Sequence record: NC_106597.1
Length of the DNA stretch: 64,000 bases
Source of the DNA: Escherichia phage BB1
Strand: one strand, 5' to 3'
Both the position numbers and the translations under genes were made by a program. Under the pieces are notes generated by a model, which made no database searches, was not told where the DNA came from, and was given only the letters and a program-made list of their open reading frames with translations. Positions 20,601 through 31,487 of this stretch are shown here, piece after piece. Positions within the stretch are counted from its first letter, which is position 1, and every line of letters begins with the position of its first letter.

Positions 20601-21584
20601 TTCATTAGGGTTTAATAGTTGAGTTTCAGAATTTAGTTGGACGAGCTTATCAACCTCATTCTTACGTGCATGACGTGTCCACTGCGGGCCAGTAGATGTA
20701 CTCCAACGATAGGTGTATAATGAGCGAGACGCCCATCCTTGGAAAACACCAGTGTACGCTGGACTACCATCCACTTGACTAATAAACCCTGTAAGACTAC
20801 TCTCACCAGAGGCTATTGATGGGAAGCCTACTGCATTACTCATGATACGCATAAAGCCAATATACGCAGAAGGATTACCAGAAATATCAGGACAATCACG
20901 AGGGGCATTACCTAAACCTATAGAGGCTTTCATGCCGGAAGCTACATTTTCAGCTTTAGTAGCTGAAGCAGCCGCATTAGTTTCCGAAGTTTTAGCATTA
21001 GTTTCTGATACTTTAGCAGCATTAGCACTGTTAGCAGCAGCAGTTTTACTACTATTAGCGTTAGTTTCAGAAGTTTTAGCGGCAGAAGCAGATGCAGCAG
21101 CATTAGTTTCTGAGGTTTTTGCTGCGGAAGCAGATGCAGCAGCAGCAGTTTTGCTACTATTAGCATTGGTCTCAGAAGTTTTAGCCGCTGTTTCACTAGC
21201 TTTTGCATTGGTTTCTGAAGTTTTTGCAGCCGTCTCACTAGCTTTTGCGTTAGTCTCAGAAGTCTTAGCAGCTTTAGCGCTATTAGCAGAAGTAGTAGCA
21301 GAAGAGGCAGACTGAGTTGCAGATTGCTGGGAAGATGCTGCGGAAATTTCTGCTTCATTCTCAGAGTCTTTAGCGTTTAGCTCTGACTGTTTAGCATTAA
21401 TCTCTGATTGTTTAGCTGCTGCAGCAGAAGCTTTAGAGGATTCTATAGCAGTAGTTAGTTCTCCTGCCGTAATAGAGCTAATGGAATTAGAAAGCACAAC
21501 TGTATACTTAGGATACTTACTTGCAGTTATGCTATTCTGGTCCATAATGACCATTTGCTGTAAAATTATTTTAGTTATAGCCAT
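17682..21584 (-). CDS. L-shaped tail fibre protein (pb1-like) with C-terminal intramolecular chaperone domain
   Basis: 1300 aa; N-terminal tandem fibre repeats (AAKTSETNAKASETAAKTSETNA...); C-terminal S74-type chaperone signature (EIPNATESLRKMKGYTYTLKENG...SVDYGAITGLLVQV). Confidence 0.8.
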   Translation of the reverse strand: MAITKIILQQMVIMDQNSITASKYPKYTVVLSNSISSITAGELTTAIESSKASAAAAKQSEINAKQSELNAKDSENEAEISAASSQQSATQSASSATTSANSAKAAKTSETNAKASETAAKTSETNAKASETAAKTSETNANSSKTAAAASASAAKTSETNAAASASAAKTSETNANSSKTAAANSANAAKVSETNAKTSETNAAASATKAENVASGMKASIGLGNAPRDCPDISGNPSAYIGFMRIMSNAVGFPSIASGESSLTGFISQVDGSPAYTGVFQGWASRSLYTYRWSTSTGPQWTRHARKNEVDKLVQLNSETQLLNPNEGAKIIITSNKLWGAYDIENRTYIPLAVGQGGTGGRSAAEARTNLQLNRFQRSSDTRTIVCSTDIQSDGCYLQVDAGGQWGAFNPTTSRWQPLAIAQGGTGALNTSDARRNLEVMYRRFSTLTDQNLNDLTGESAGFYYQNLSANATIARNYPIQEAGNLMVLQNSANGVAGCCQIYITFSTNRIYERSYNPGTSTWSAWGSILNSYDPSYCRQLIELGSQHAPLFAGLSLTGYSDSTAAAGGIINSYLRAVNGTQRARMRLYPEKLSDGTAAATLQIMGEDTGPSYKTFHFKHNGQLFVPNEINTDTIAVRNLTVTQQNLGIPTTGFIGTYQTINAPSGAVDGKYYPVIFYTGGVNGNGVMPVPISIRTPGRSAGHEMNNNVFSGYVTCGGWSDSPSIAYGVFTTYDPNELGILCIKGSNKDYAQHIAVYVHYKAFPVNIMTDPKVVINVPTEDYVLGTNGVKFKFGVTDAGDGNAEGNVSNLLNFTGGGSGFYSNHPFRQGLSPNFALTNNLNSGNAFSATAPSFTFNGSVVGANSFSARGDAVTKNTYTSQLVNSADTILGQSEFRATEEAGQIIVRDMTSSASHKFFNFNKDGTFSAPSGMLSSTGVDWNTQHNTINKFYGIAGQVNSPENNVVYGGVHIGFSGNYATQLAGRGNKYYLRSIESGTIGAWNRIITDQYADFKVPLFINKNGEALTLKSSVDDTSESGYLAGRTANNTRMWYFGKTGAGKSVVIANEMMGSSLSLGEDGNTSIRTPNYGGGVFADSTAIVVRRSNNRQFRIENTSNAAKDAILQLWGNTTGRPSVIECKLTDGYLFYAQQNTDGSRVLQVNGAAQAIAFNQASDRDLKDNIVEIPNATESLRKMKGYTYTLKENGMPYAGVIAQEVMEALPEAVSGFTKYTDLAGATLNGEPLVGEERFYSVDYGAITGLLVQVSRESDSRITALESEVSDLKKQIADLTIVVNSLLANR

Positions 21585-22006
21585 TATTGAGTTACCCCAT
21601 CGCTAATATAAACTTTGCCTTCCATAATACGGAAAGAGCTAGCAGCGCTACCAACAGCTGTTCTAGTAATTATAACATCGTAGTATCCAGCTAACCTTTG
21701 TCTAGGATTATACCTATCTCTTTCTTTAGATGCTTTAGATGCAATAGTAGTTACAGCATTAACAGGTAAACTTATAGATGCTACACCTTGTTTAGCATCT
21801 ATAATAGAAGTGGTAAAGGATGCTAAATTTTCAGCCCCATCCTCTAAACTACTCTTAATACTTCCTCTAAGAGAGAAGCCAGTAAGATCTACTGGCTTAG
21901 ATGTAGCAGGATAAACACTATCATCTACATCCATAAATTGCATAAGTAAACCATAAGGTACGTTTTCGTCTACTACTAAATCAATAACTCTATTTTCTGT
22001 ACTCAT
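21584..22006 (-). CDS. small tail/collar protein (p132-like by position)
   Basis: 140-aa ORF; TAATG stop/start overlap with tail fibre gene. Confidence 0.4.
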   Translation of the reverse strand: MSTENRVIDLVVDENVPYGLLMQFMDVDDSVYPATSKPVDLTGFSLRGSIKSSLEDGAENLASFTTSIIDAKQGVASISLPVNAVTTIASKASKERDRYNPRQRLAGYYDVIITRTAVGSAASSFRIMEGKVYISDGVTQ

Positions 22007-22011
22007 TATTT

Positions 22012-24150
22012 TTACCTTATATGGATATACCCGTTTTGCAGGTCTATCTTCATTTTGTAAGATCCCTCTGGATTAGAGGATAGTGCGGCTGCACGATCAT
22101 ATATAATATTTACACCAATTTGTGATAAGAAAGCGTTATTAGCAACAATTTTACTAGCAGTTACCGTACCATTAACTATCATATCACCATGTAAAACCAT
22201 TGCAGGGCTAGCCCATGCTGAACCATTCCACTGCCTAGTGAATGCTGTTCCTGGTGCCCCACTTTTATACTCGGTTAATACATCATATTTAACAGGACCA
22301 GTACCAAAATTAGATGTAAAAAACGAATTAGCCTGAGAATCATTCCATGCCGTTAAGTTAGCAATAGCAAGAGAATACATTCCAGGACCACGTTGTCCGT
22401 CTGCTCCTGGCCGCCCATCAGCACCTGGTTTTCCATCGGCACCTGGTTTTCCATCAGCACCTGGTAGTCCATCAGCTCCCGGCTTACCATCTACCCCTTC
22501 TGTACCGCTCCATTGAACTACATCTGACCAACTAGTTCCGGATACTAATTGATTAGTAACAGGGTCCAGAGTACCCGTAGAACAGTAAATATTCTGAGTA
22601 TTAGATATTCTATTCGGCGGAGTTTTAGACCAACCAGAAGGTGGGTATGCAGGGCTTGTTGGTTTAGCAGGTAATGAAGTACCTAGAATATAAATAAATA
22701 CTGTTTGCTTACCTTGTATACCTGTTTCTATATCAATATCGCCATTAGGTGTACCAATTACAACTCCACTAGAAATTCTTAATGTATCACCATCGAAACG
22801 AATATATTGCGTAGCATTACCAATATCTACTTTTGGCTTCGCAGTAGCATTATCCATGCCCATCCAAATACCAGATTTTGTATCTCCCCAAGTTTTACCT
22901 TGAGTATAAATTGCTGGGTTGTCTTGACCAGTTAAGTTAGTCATTACAAAGTTCGCAGCATTAATGGTTTTAGTTATTACACTTCCATCAACGTTAATTA
23001 TCTTTTTAATAGGGTCAAAAGATATTGGTGCTTTTCCTTCTGCATCTAGAAGACCTATATTAATAGCACCTGTAGCAGCATCTATTAGGAAGGTTTGTTT
23101 CCAGGTAGATCCATCTTTGATCTTACCCTTAATGTACGCGTAATTTACTTCGATACCAGTTTCATTAACAAAACTATTATCTAATGGAGTACTCTCATTT
23201 AATATAAATGTCTGTACTGCGGAATCAGTAACATCTTGAGCATCTGGTCCCCAGGCAATAGATGACACTTTAAATTTATGCTCTACTTTCCATGGAAATG
23301 ATATAATTGTTGCTGACTGAGCAGCACCCACGTTGATTTTTTGTGCCTTAGTCCATCCAGTTCTAGCAAATTCTGCTGAATCTATATATGATAGAACGAA
23401 TTCACGAACGTTGGCGCCTGTCCCTCTATTCCAATCCCATTGCACACGTAAATCATAGCGTTCTTTACCATCCGCTATACGCGCAGCTTTAAACACAATA
23501 TTAACAGGAGCTGTAGGAGGTACAAAGTTATATCTAACTTCAAAGACAGTAGGATACTCATAGTATCCAGATGAATCAATAGTTACTCCGTCTGGCAGGG
23601 ATACTTGTCCAGAAATTCTTACCTTATAGGATCCGATTGGCACACCACCAAACATAATAGTTGGCATCAACGCACCAACATAATATTTAACCCACGGATT
23701 ATTAGCATTAGAATTATTTTTTAATTCTATAGTACAATAATCAGCTTCTCCTGTAGTATCTATATAAACTATTGGCGCTCCAACACCTACGTCTACAGGC
23801 TCTGATTCACATCTAACACCTGTAATTCTAGGTGCTGACTTCATTTTAAAAGTTTGTTTATCAGATAGATTAATACCTATCTGAGCATTAAGTAGTTCAG
23901 AGTCTATTATAGAATCATAAAATGCACCCTGAACTTCATAAGTTGTTGTAGGTTTTAAGTTATTAATAGTTACAGAAAAGGTATCAACTCCAGTAAAATC
24001 TCTACGAGTAACGTTGCTACCTTCTTTAAGCCAAAAAGATCTACCTATAACGTCATAATCAGAATAGATAGAATGCTGGATATACGCCAACGTATATCCA
24101 GTTAAGACGCTATTTAGAACCATTTTAGCTGGTGCATTATTTGAAATCAT
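22012..24150 (-). CDS. tail tip/baseplate protein (pb4-like) with collagen-like repeat
   Basis: 712 aa; G-x-x repeats ([34 protein letters not shown]); position between hub and fibre. Confidence 0.55.
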   Translation of the reverse strand: MISNNAPAKMVLNSVLTGYTLAYIQHSIYSDYDVIGRSFWLKEGSNVTRRDFTGVDTFSVTINNLKPTTTYEVQGAFYDSIIDSELLNAQIGINLSDKQTFKMKSAPRITGVRCESEPVDVGVGAPIVYIDTTGEADYCTIELKNNSNANNPWVKYYVGALMPTIMFGGVPIGSYKVRISGQVSLPDGVTIDSSGYYEYPTVFEVRYNFVPPTAPVNIVFKAARIADGKERYDLRVQWDWNRGTGANVREFVLSYIDSAEFARTGWTKAQKINVGAAQSATIISFPWKVEHKFKVSSIAWGPDAQDVTDSAVQTFILNESTPLDNSFVNETGIEVNYAYIKGKIKDGSTWKQTFLIDAATGAINIGLLDAEGKAPISFDPIKKIINVDGSVITKTINAANFVMTNLTGQDNPAIYTQGKTWGDTKSGIWMGMDNATAKPKVDIGNATQYIRFDGDTLRISSGVVIGTPNGDIDIETGIQGKQTVFIYILGTSLPAKPTSPAYPPSGWSKTPPNRISNTQNIYCSTGTLDPVTNQLVSGTSWSDVVQWSGTEGVDGKPGADGLPGADGKPGADGKPGADGRPGADGQRGPGMYSLAIANLTAWNDSQANSFFTSNFGTGPVKYDVLTEYKSGAPGTAFTRQWNGSAWASPAMVLHGDMIVNGTVTASKIVANNAFLSQIGVNIIYDRAAALSSNPEGSYKMKIDLQNGYIHIR

Positions 24151-27000
24151 TTAAATAGTAGCCCAACCAACAGATTGCTCACCATTTTCCCCTTCTGCTC
24201 TAATCCTGAATCGTAGTTTACGATTAATTCCTAAAGCACCAGAGTTTAATAGTGCAAAATCCGCCTTATTATATGTTAATAGATAGTCATAGGTATAGGC
24301 ATCCTCTATCCTAATACTACGAAGCATTCTATCCTGAGAATCATGTATTTCTAGAGTATAATAAATTTCTGGAATTATTTCTTCCTCGGGTATCTTATCC
24401 CAAGCAAGTTTCACGTCTGGTCCAACAAATTCAGTCACGTCTCCAGAAGCTGTATTAGTTACTCTAAAGTTACTAACTACACTTAAGTTTCTAGCAGAGT
24501 TAAGATCCACGGAAAGGGTAACAGGAGAACTACGTCTACCATTAATATCAACAGCACGTAACTCAAAAATAGCTAAACCAGCAGGCTCACCTATAATCTC
24601 CTGAACCATCCTTTCATTAGGATTATTCTCTAATTGCTGAATTATGTAAGGATCTACATGACCTGAATGAGCTATAGAATAATATACTACGTTATTAGTA
24701 AGACTAGGTAGCCAAGATAGTTCCCCATTTTTACCTATAGCACCTATCATACCACCAGGAGTTGGTGTATACTTAAAGTCCCTAGGAGGAAGTACATTAT
24801 TACTAATATCTGGAATATCATTACCACTGTTATCCACTTGATCAGAGTTGATAAATACATCTTCACCATACTCTTGTAGTGTTAAGTTAATCTTACCATC
24901 ACGAGTATTTTCTACTTCATCTACTAGGAAGAACTTATCCTTCCACCCATAACGCTCATAAGTAAAAGCAATCGGATCATTTGGCTCTATACCAATAAAC
25001 TTATAAGGTACTGAGAAGCTAAGTGTACGTGAGTATCTAGATTTTTTAAGTTCCCTATCTGCATAACTACGAGCAGTGTAGTAGTTAGTAATATTTGCAA
25101 AAGATAGCTGAAGTTTTTTATCCAAACCCTTATCTTGTTCTTTAAACTTAGAGTTATAGAATGTAATAGAGTTTGTTTTCCAACTTAGCGCAGGATCTAC
25201 TAGGGATGCTTGTACTGAGTTAAACTTATTTCTACCAGTAGTATCAGATAAGTCTAAGTCCCCGTAAGTATCTAGAAAACCTATCTTCAAAGGAGTTGTA
25301 GAATGCTTCTCTACAGTTATTCTATACTCACCAGATAAGTTATTTATAGCTCCGCCAAAAGAATCCAGTACTCCTTGAACATTTTTAAATACTGATTCGG
25401 AGGTATCTAATATAGTGTTTAACTGAACTACTTGGCGATGTTCAGAAATAGAATCACTCCAACCAACATATCTCCAATAGGGTTGCCAGCTAATCTGATA
25501 AGATTCATCAATTATATCTAGAATTTTTGCTTCTGATATAATCTTTTGTAGCGGGAACTGATCCAGAGTTATATTAGCCCCATAACGTTCAGAGGTTAGA
25601 TAGTCCATGAGCTGCCAGATACCGTTAAGGCTAGTTTTATCAGCTTTAACAGACCCATCAGAGCTATATACTTTGACTTTCTTACCTTGTACTTCAGCAC
25701 TAATTTCTGGAATTTCAGTTCTATTCTCATTAATAGTAAATCTAACTACAGCGTAGGCTGTGTCTAAGAGCTTATAACGAGAATCCCAGTATTCTGGGCC
25801 ATTGCCATTTTGATTTTGTAAATAGAAACCCTTTCTTTTAGCGATATCCACTAATACTTGAGCTGCTGTCTGATCTGGTTTGCCATGAAAAGTCCATATT
25901 CTTATGTCACCATTACCATCATTATACTTATACTCCTGACCATGAACAGAAGGTTGAGAAGTGCTTGTACCAGCAGCTAGTCTATGCATTGTATCACCTA
26001 CTAGTTTCTTACGACCGAAGCAGGTTCTAGTATTGGAATCTGCTTCATCGAAACAGATCATTGGGCTGTCCCCAATATAGAAATCTAGGAATCCATCAAT
26101 TTCTCCTTCCGAAAAAGCATAGACTACATACACTATATTAGGGTTATTTAGCTCAGTATCTGCAAAAATAGGGATACCAGGGATTTTCTGAACCCCATAT
26201 ACAACAGGTATAAATTTAGCAGCTAAGTTAAAGTCTAAATCAACTTCTTTAGTTACAGTCTCATAATACTTTTTAAGACTGTAACTTCTTGATAGCCCAA
26301 AAAGTTTCTTCTTGGACTGAAGTTTATAACGCTCTTCTTTTACTTGATATTTAGCTAATATAGTGGTACTTTTATTAGAGTGGAAGAAGCCATAGTCTTC
26401 TTGGTACTCAGGACGTTTAGCACCATTAGAAGGTTGTAATTGTCCATTAACAACTTCAAGCCCTCGGTGGGAAGCATCATCGGTATAACGACCGTTCACT
26501 CTATCAAAATCATAGAACTGATTAGAACAGTTCCATGTTATAACAGAGGTTCCTATACCGGAAGTACTAACGTTGTCCTTTATTCCGCCGCCAGTAATTT
26601 TACCACGAAAGAATAGTAAAGGTCCATTAGTATCAGGATCTACAGGAAGAATATTACCTTCTTCATCAATTATAGCTTGATGTATAGTGATAGTTCTATC
26701 TAAGAAAGATACTCCATTTTGAACTAGTTTTAATACTTCATCTTCTGCTGTACCAGTTATGGTAAAAGATAGACTACCAATAGATAGTTCACGGTTTTGC
26801 TTATGGGAGCCGATACTTTTTACTTTACCAGATCTATATAAGATTCCATTATAGGTAACATCTCTAAAGTAGTCAGTTAAATAAACATAAGTAGCAGCAG
26901 AGCCTGATGAACTAGGAAGCTCTAAAGCTATAAGACAAGCTGTTTTTAGCTTGTCATGAGTATTAAGATATGTTTTAGCACTATCGAGTATCTGCTTCAT
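24151..27000 (-). CDS. baseplate hub protein (pb3-like)
   Basis: 949 aa ORF immediately after distal tail protein; call by size and position only. Confidence 0.5.
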   Translation of the reverse strand: MKQILDSAKTYLNTHDKLKTACLIALELPSSSGSAATYVYLTDYFRDVTYNGILYRSGKVKSIGSHKQNRELSIGSLSFTITGTAEDEVLKLVQNGVSFLDRTITIHQAIIDEEGNILPVDPDTNGPLLFFRGKITGGGIKDNVSTSGIGTSVITWNCSNQFYDFDRVNGRYTDDASHRGLEVVNGQLQPSNGAKRPEYQEDYGFFHSNKSTTILAKYQVKEERYKLQSKKKLFGLSRSYSLKKYYETVTKEVDLDFNLAAKFIPVVYGVQKIPGIPIFADTELNNPNIVYVVYAFSEGEIDGFLDFYIGDSPMICFDEADSNTRTCFGRKKLVGDTMHRLAAGTSTSQPSVHGQEYKYNDGNGDIRIWTFHGKPDQTAAQVLVDIAKRKGFYLQNQNGNGPEYWDSRYKLLDTAYAVVRFTINENRTEIPEISAEVQGKKVKVYSSDGSVKADKTSLNGIWQLMDYLTSERYGANITLDQFPLQKIISEAKILDIIDESYQISWQPYWRYVGWSDSISEHRQVVQLNTILDTSESVFKNVQGVLDSFGGAINNLSGEYRITVEKHSTTPLKIGFLDTYGDLDLSDTTGRNKFNSVQASLVDPALSWKTNSITFYNSKFKEQDKGLDKKLQLSFANITNYYTARSYADRELKKSRYSRTLSFSVPYKFIGIEPNDPIAFTYERYGWKDKFFLVDEVENTRDGKINLTLQEYGEDVFINSDQVDNSGNDIPDISNNVLPPRDFKYTPTPGGMIGAIGKNGELSWLPSLTNNVVYYSIAHSGHVDPYIIQQLENNPNERMVQEIIGEPAGLAIFELRAVDINGRRSSPVTLSVDLNSARNLSVVSNFRVTNTASGDVTEFVGPDVKLAWDKIPEEEIIPEIYYTLEIHDSQDRMLRSIRIEDAYTYDYLLTYNKADFALLNSGALGINRKLRFRIRAEGENGEQSVGWATI

Positions 27001-27611
27001 AGACTTTCCCTCAAGGAAAGTGAAATACCAGAGTAAGTACCATTGTTATTTAATGTAGAACCAAAAGAATCAGCATTCATTAGCTTAGTTCTAAATAAGA
27101 TACCATTAAAAACTGGTTTTTCACTACCCGTAGTAGTAATAAATAGGTCAGGGTATAAGGATAAGTTCCATACATTTCCTGAGCTAGTAAAATTTGTTAT
27201 TTTATAGACTTTTGGGTGATTGGATAATTTAAATAGATCTCCAGCTTTTGGTAGTCCTGTCAAAGTTCCATTAGTATTTAGTATAATCTGAGAACCTTTC
27301 TGGCCTGCTGGTATAGTAACACTTTTAGTATCACCACGTACTCTAAATGCTTCATACTGAGGTAGAAGTACTTCTAGATAATCTCCAGTTCTTTTATATT
27401 CTAAAATTTTAGAATCTAGGAATGCATATTCATCTGGGAAAAGTTCCGGGTATGAGATATTAATTCCCCAGTATTGAGCAGATATTTTAACCTCTTTGAC
27501 TTTACCATTAGGTAATTCATCACGAATCATAGGGTCATTATCTACTACGTTGACGCTTTCAAAACCTAACCCTGGGTACTCTGGGTTCGTGTATGGATCT
27601 GGTAGTCTCAT
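26997..27611 (-). CDS. distal tail protein (pb9-like)
   Basis: 204 aa; follows tape measure; AGAGGAG RBS. Confidence 0.5.
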   Translation of the reverse strand: MRLPDPYTNPEYPGLGFESVNVVDNDPMIRDELPNGKVKEVKISAQYWGINISYPELFPDEYAFLDSKILEYKRTGDYLEVLLPQYEAFRVRGDTKSVTIPAGQKGSQIILNTNGTLTGLPKAGDLFKLSNHPKVYKITNFTSSGNVWNLSLYPDLFITTTGSEKPVFNGILFRTKLMNADSFGSTLNNNGTYSGISLSLRESL

Positions 27612-27681
27612 AGTTAATTTCTCCTCTTTAATAACAATATTATAATAGTATTGGAAAATTTTATCAAGAAATTTTTATTTT

Positions 27682-27713
27682 TCCATAAAGAAAAGGAGGA
27701 CATAAAGTCCTCC
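27682..27713 (-). terminator. terminator hairpin after tape measure gene (copy 1 of a recurring late element)
   Basis: GGAGGAC-ATAAA-GTCCTCC with U-tract on minus strand. Confidence 0.55.
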
Positions 27714-27720
27714 TCCAATA

Positions 27721-30700
27721 TTACATATTACCAAGAGATTTAAGGGTGGATCCATTCTCATTAAGAGCCAGTTCCACGGCATCTCTTAAAGCAGTGCTGT
27801 TATTCGATGCAAAATCTCTAAAGCTAGCAGCATCCATTGTGCTAATATTCAGAATGATTGGTCTTCCAGAGGTAGTCTTTGATCCATCAGAAAGCTGATC
27901 ATTAGGTGTGGCTTTCATAGGAACCATAGGAGTTACTACTTCGGTACCATGCTCACCCATTTGATAACTAACCCCAGGGTACATCATACCACCTTCAGCA
28001 CGAGGAACAAATGAGTTGGCATTACCAATACCTTTATCACCACGTAGGTAGGATAATTCTCCTGAGCTAGCTTGCATAGATACATCAACGTTCTTCTGTC
28101 GCTCACCTAGGGTTAGGTACTGAGTAGTATCTGCTCCAGAATCTGCAATAGAAGACATACCAGATGCAGAAGATGCTTGAGCAAGAGCTAAGGCACCTGC
28201 TAAACCTGCCGCCACCATCAAAGGAATAGAGAACGGGTATGGTACAGCTGTTGCTGCCTGCATTACTGCCACTGCTGTCTGGATAATAATTTGTTTCTTT
28301 GCTGCGTCTTGCTGGATTTTTAACTTTTCAGCTTCTAACTTTTTCAGTTTAGCTTTAGATGCTTCAGATTTACCATCTCGTTTCTGTTCTGCTGCAATAG
28401 CCTGATCAATTGCACTAACCTGTTGACTAGTACTATATTGAATCATAGAGGCCACAGTCTGCATACCAGAAGCAATCATAGACGTAGTATCTAGAGATCC
28501 CTGTGAGAATTGAATCATAGAGTTAGTTAAATTACCCATGCTTTGAGCTACAGCAGTTGCTTCGGAATTTAACTCAGATAGTTTAGAGATTGCCTGATCA
28601 TATGAAGACATCCTATTCTGCATATCAGCAAAATCTTTATCTGCTCCAGATAGACCAGTTGTAGGAGTATAAGTAGCTCCAACAGAAGAACCTACCTGTT
28701 GCTGCATCTGAGCATTACGTTGTGCTGTTAAAGCTGACATCTGGGCCCTTGTCTTGGCTATTTCGGCATTCCAGCGCATTTGCTCGTTAGCATTACCTTT
28801 GGTAAGTTCTTTCATCTGAGTATAAAAATCTAACTGCATTTCCATTTTTTGCATTTCCCCTGCCAGAGGGAACATGGAAGTTAGAGTATTTTCAAAGGCT
28901 TCTTGCCTTTTACTGGTCATTTCAGCTTGCTGATCCTGACGGAATTTCCATATTTCACGTTCAATTTGGGCTTGAGAACGTCTAGACTGTTCAGCCTCTT
29001 TCTGTTTATCAGCTTGTTTTGTATACCATTCGTACTTCTCTTTTTCAATGGTCAATTCAAGATTTAACTGTGCTAGACGATACTGAGTATCTGTCATAGT
29101 ACGGTTATTTAAGAGAGCTATCTCACGATCTACACCAAGAATTTTATCTGTGTAATCCTTGACCTTCTTCTGAGCTTCCATACCATGATTGGTAAGTTTA
29201 AGTTTCTCCAGCTGAATTTTTTCAATTTCTTTCTCAACAGCTTTATTTCCCTGGTTTGTTTGAAGAACACGGCGTAAAGCAGTTTCTTGCTCTTCTAACT
29301 GTTGCAACTCTAAACGTCTACCAGCTTCCTGAGCTTTTTCCTTATCCTTAGTTTGATTATACACATCAGCTATTTTCTGTTGAACTGCTAACTGATTTTT
29401 AGTTTCATTACCCGTTAGTTTAACGTACTCGGATAAGGCTTGGGAAGCAGTTTTCATCTCAGATAGGGTGTTAAACCCTAAGTTGAGACTTTTAACATAC
29501 TCATCCGCACTCTTACCAGTTCCTGCGGAGAGAGATTCTACATTTCTAATTACCTCTTCAAAAGTTGCACTAGTTTTAGCAGCGGTATCTGTACTACTAG
29601 CTATATTTTGAAAGTCATTAGCTAAATCACTAGCCGTTTTCTTAGTCTGATTATATGCTTTTTGTTGTTCTGTCAGGCTCTTTAGAGCAGCAGAATTAAA
29701 GTCGTATACAGCATCTGGGTCATACACATCTTTCTGTAGATTAATCTGTTTCTGGAACTCTGGATTAGCTTTTGCAGCAGCAGCTCCAGCAGCTTGATAA
29801 GCCGATTTCCAAGCATTGAGGTTCTCTGTAGAATCCTCTACTTCCTTACCAAGTCTAGTTACTTGTAGACCCATAGCCGCTGTTTCTTCTACAAACTTTT
29901 TATTAGCTTCGGAAGCGCCCGCGGCTGCAATACCAACAGGAATACCTTCACCAACTTGACGTATAGCTAGTTTTGTATAGAAATCTGCTTGTTCCATTCG
30001 TTTATCGAACTCAGATTTTAGCTTATTACGCTTATCAAGAGATTCCTTATACATATCTAGAGCTTTATTATAGCCTTCTTCAGAAGCGGCCAAACTTAAA
30101 GCAACAGCACCAACGTTGGTAGGATCTATCTGTCTATTAGTTTTTTCTTGAGCTCTAGCTGCTTCAGCAGATACAGAAGCCTGAGAAGTATAAAATACTG
30201 TGTTGATAGCATCAATTACTGGCCCTAAGTACTTAGCAGCAGCTTGTTGTATTGTTCTTAGTGCAGCATCTGCGTTAGCAGCAAATTGCTCCCACGGAGT
30301 AGCACGTAAAACTTCATCTAAGTAACCAAAACGTTTAGTAGATTCTGCTATAACAGCATTAGCATACGCTTGCTGTTTCTGGAAGGTAGTAAGGCTATTA
30401 ATATTATATGTTATACCCGTGTTTGCAGCATTTAACTGTTTAACGTAATCAGCATAAGCATCGTTAAGACGAATAGTAACACCAAGTTCATCCAGAAGTT
30501 CGATTTCTTGTTTAGATACACCCTTAATTACACGGTTAAGTGCGTCAGTCATATCAACGCCAAGAACAGCAGCAGCACGACGAGCTACTAGACCAAACTT
30601 ATTAAGTTGTTCAGCATCAAATCCATAAGCGGACGCTGAGGATGCTTGTCTCATAGCTTCTTCAAAAGAGATTGCATAGCCAGCTGCCTCTTGCAGTGAT

Positions 30701-31404
30701 CTAGCAAGGGACTGAACAGGAGTACCTGTCTGAGTACCTACTATAACACCAAATTTTTCTAGACGATTTAGCTGATCACCTAGTTTAAGTTGTTCGAATG
30801 CAGATTGCAAAACGAAGATGTTGGAAGCAAGAGCTGCGTACATAATAGGTAAACTACCACCTATCTTAGCCATTGCTGCAAAATCACGAGTTGCACCGCG
30901 TGCTGAACCAGAAGTATTACCAATAGCTCTAGAAGCTCTACCAGCAGCACCAGCAGTATCATTAAAACCTCTAGCTGTACCGCCTAAAACTCTATTGGTA
31001 TCATACAATCTATCTTGAACTTTCTCTGTTGCAGCTGCAACATCATTACCCATTGCTTTAACAGATCTAGAAACTCCATCGAATCCAATTTCTAGTTTAT
31101 CTGTTACTTCAATAAGTTGGATAGCCAGGTAATCTAGCTTATCACCAATACCATCAATGGATTTAGTGATACCAGCCATACCCCTACTAGCTTGCATTTT
31201 AGTAAGACTTTTTGCTGCTCTATCTGCTGCCCTCTCAATGGAGTATAGAGTTCTGGGCATTTTACCTAACTGTTCATTTGTTAGTTCAGAAGCAGCAGCA
31301 GCGTTCTCTAATGCATCAGCTACGTTTTCAATAGACTTTGCAGTACGAGTTGCCCCCTTCTGTTTAACGTCTATTAGTAATTCTCGTATTAGCTTATCAG
31401 TCAT
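27721..31404 (-). CDS. tail tape measure protein
   Basis: 1227 aa, long coiled-coil, Ala/Gly-rich hydrophobic segment near C-terminus; between chaperone-like genes and distal tail protein. Confidence 0.8.
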   Translation of the reverse strand: MTDKLIRELLIDVKQKGATRTAKSIENVADALENAAAASELTNEQLGKMPRTLYSIERAADRAAKSLTKMQASRGMAGITKSIDGIGDKLDYLAIQLIEVTDKLEIGFDGVSRSVKAMGNDVAAATEKVQDRLYDTNRVLGGTARGFNDTAGAAGRASRAIGNTSGSARGATRDFAAMAKIGGSLPIMYAALASNIFVLQSAFEQLKLGDQLNRLEKFGVIVGTQTGTPVQSLARSLQEAAGYAISFEEAMRQASSASAYGFDAEQLNKFGLVARRAAAVLGVDMTDALNRVIKGVSKQEIELLDELGVTIRLNDAYADYVKQLNAANTGITYNINSLTTFQKQQAYANAVIAESTKRFGYLDEVLRATPWEQFAANADAALRTIQQAAAKYLGPVIDAINTVFYTSQASVSAEAARAQEKTNRQIDPTNVGAVALSLAASEEGYNKALDMYKESLDKRNKLKSEFDKRMEQADFYTKLAIRQVGEGIPVGIAAAGASEANKKFVEETAAMGLQVTRLGKEVEDSTENLNAWKSAYQAAGAAAAKANPEFQKQINLQKDVYDPDAVYDFNSAALKSLTEQQKAYNQTKKTASDLANDFQNIASSTDTAAKTSATFEEVIRNVESLSAGTGKSADEYVKSLNLGFNTLSEMKTASQALSEYVKLTGNETKNQLAVQQKIADVYNQTKDKEKAQEAGRRLELQQLEEQETALRRVLQTNQGNKAVEKEIEKIQLEKLKLTNHGMEAQKKVKDYTDKILGVDREIALLNNRTMTDTQYRLAQLNLELTIEKEKYEWYTKQADKQKEAEQSRRSQAQIEREIWKFRQDQQAEMTSKRQEAFENTLTSMFPLAGEMQKMEMQLDFYTQMKELTKGNANEQMRWNAEIAKTRAQMSALTAQRNAQMQQQVGSSVGATYTPTTGLSGADKDFADMQNRMSSYDQAISKLSELNSEATAVAQSMGNLTNSMIQFSQGSLDTTSMIASGMQTVASMIQYSTSQQVSAIDQAIAAEQKRDGKSEASKAKLKKLEAEKLKIQQDAAKKQIIIQTAVAVMQAATAVPYPFSIPLMVAAGLAGALALAQASSASGMSSIADSGADTTQYLTLGERQKNVDVSMQASSGELSYLRGDKGIGNANSFVPRAEGGMMYPGVSYQMGEHGTEVVTPMVPMKATPNDQLSDGSKTTSGRPIILNISTMDAASFRDFASNNSTALRDAVELALNENGSTLKSLGNM

Positions 31405-31419
31405 ATTTTATTTTTCCCA

Positions 31420-31452
31420 ATAAAAAAGGCTCTGGGCAAATCACCCAGAGCC
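31420..31452 (-). terminator. terminator hairpin immediately upstream of tape measure start (copy 2)
   Basis: GGCTCTGGG-CAAATCA-CCCAGAGCC with T6 on minus strand. Confidence 0.6.
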
Positions 31453-31487
31453 AAGCCTCATCGTGGAACGCCCATTGGAGGAAACTT

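Noticed and set aside
17875-21358. ORFs 17875..18093, 20842..21315 and 20942..21358 within the tail fibre gene
   Set aside because: Artefacts of the in-frame repeat array (poly-Ala/Leu translations); the 1300-aa fibre frame is the coherent one.
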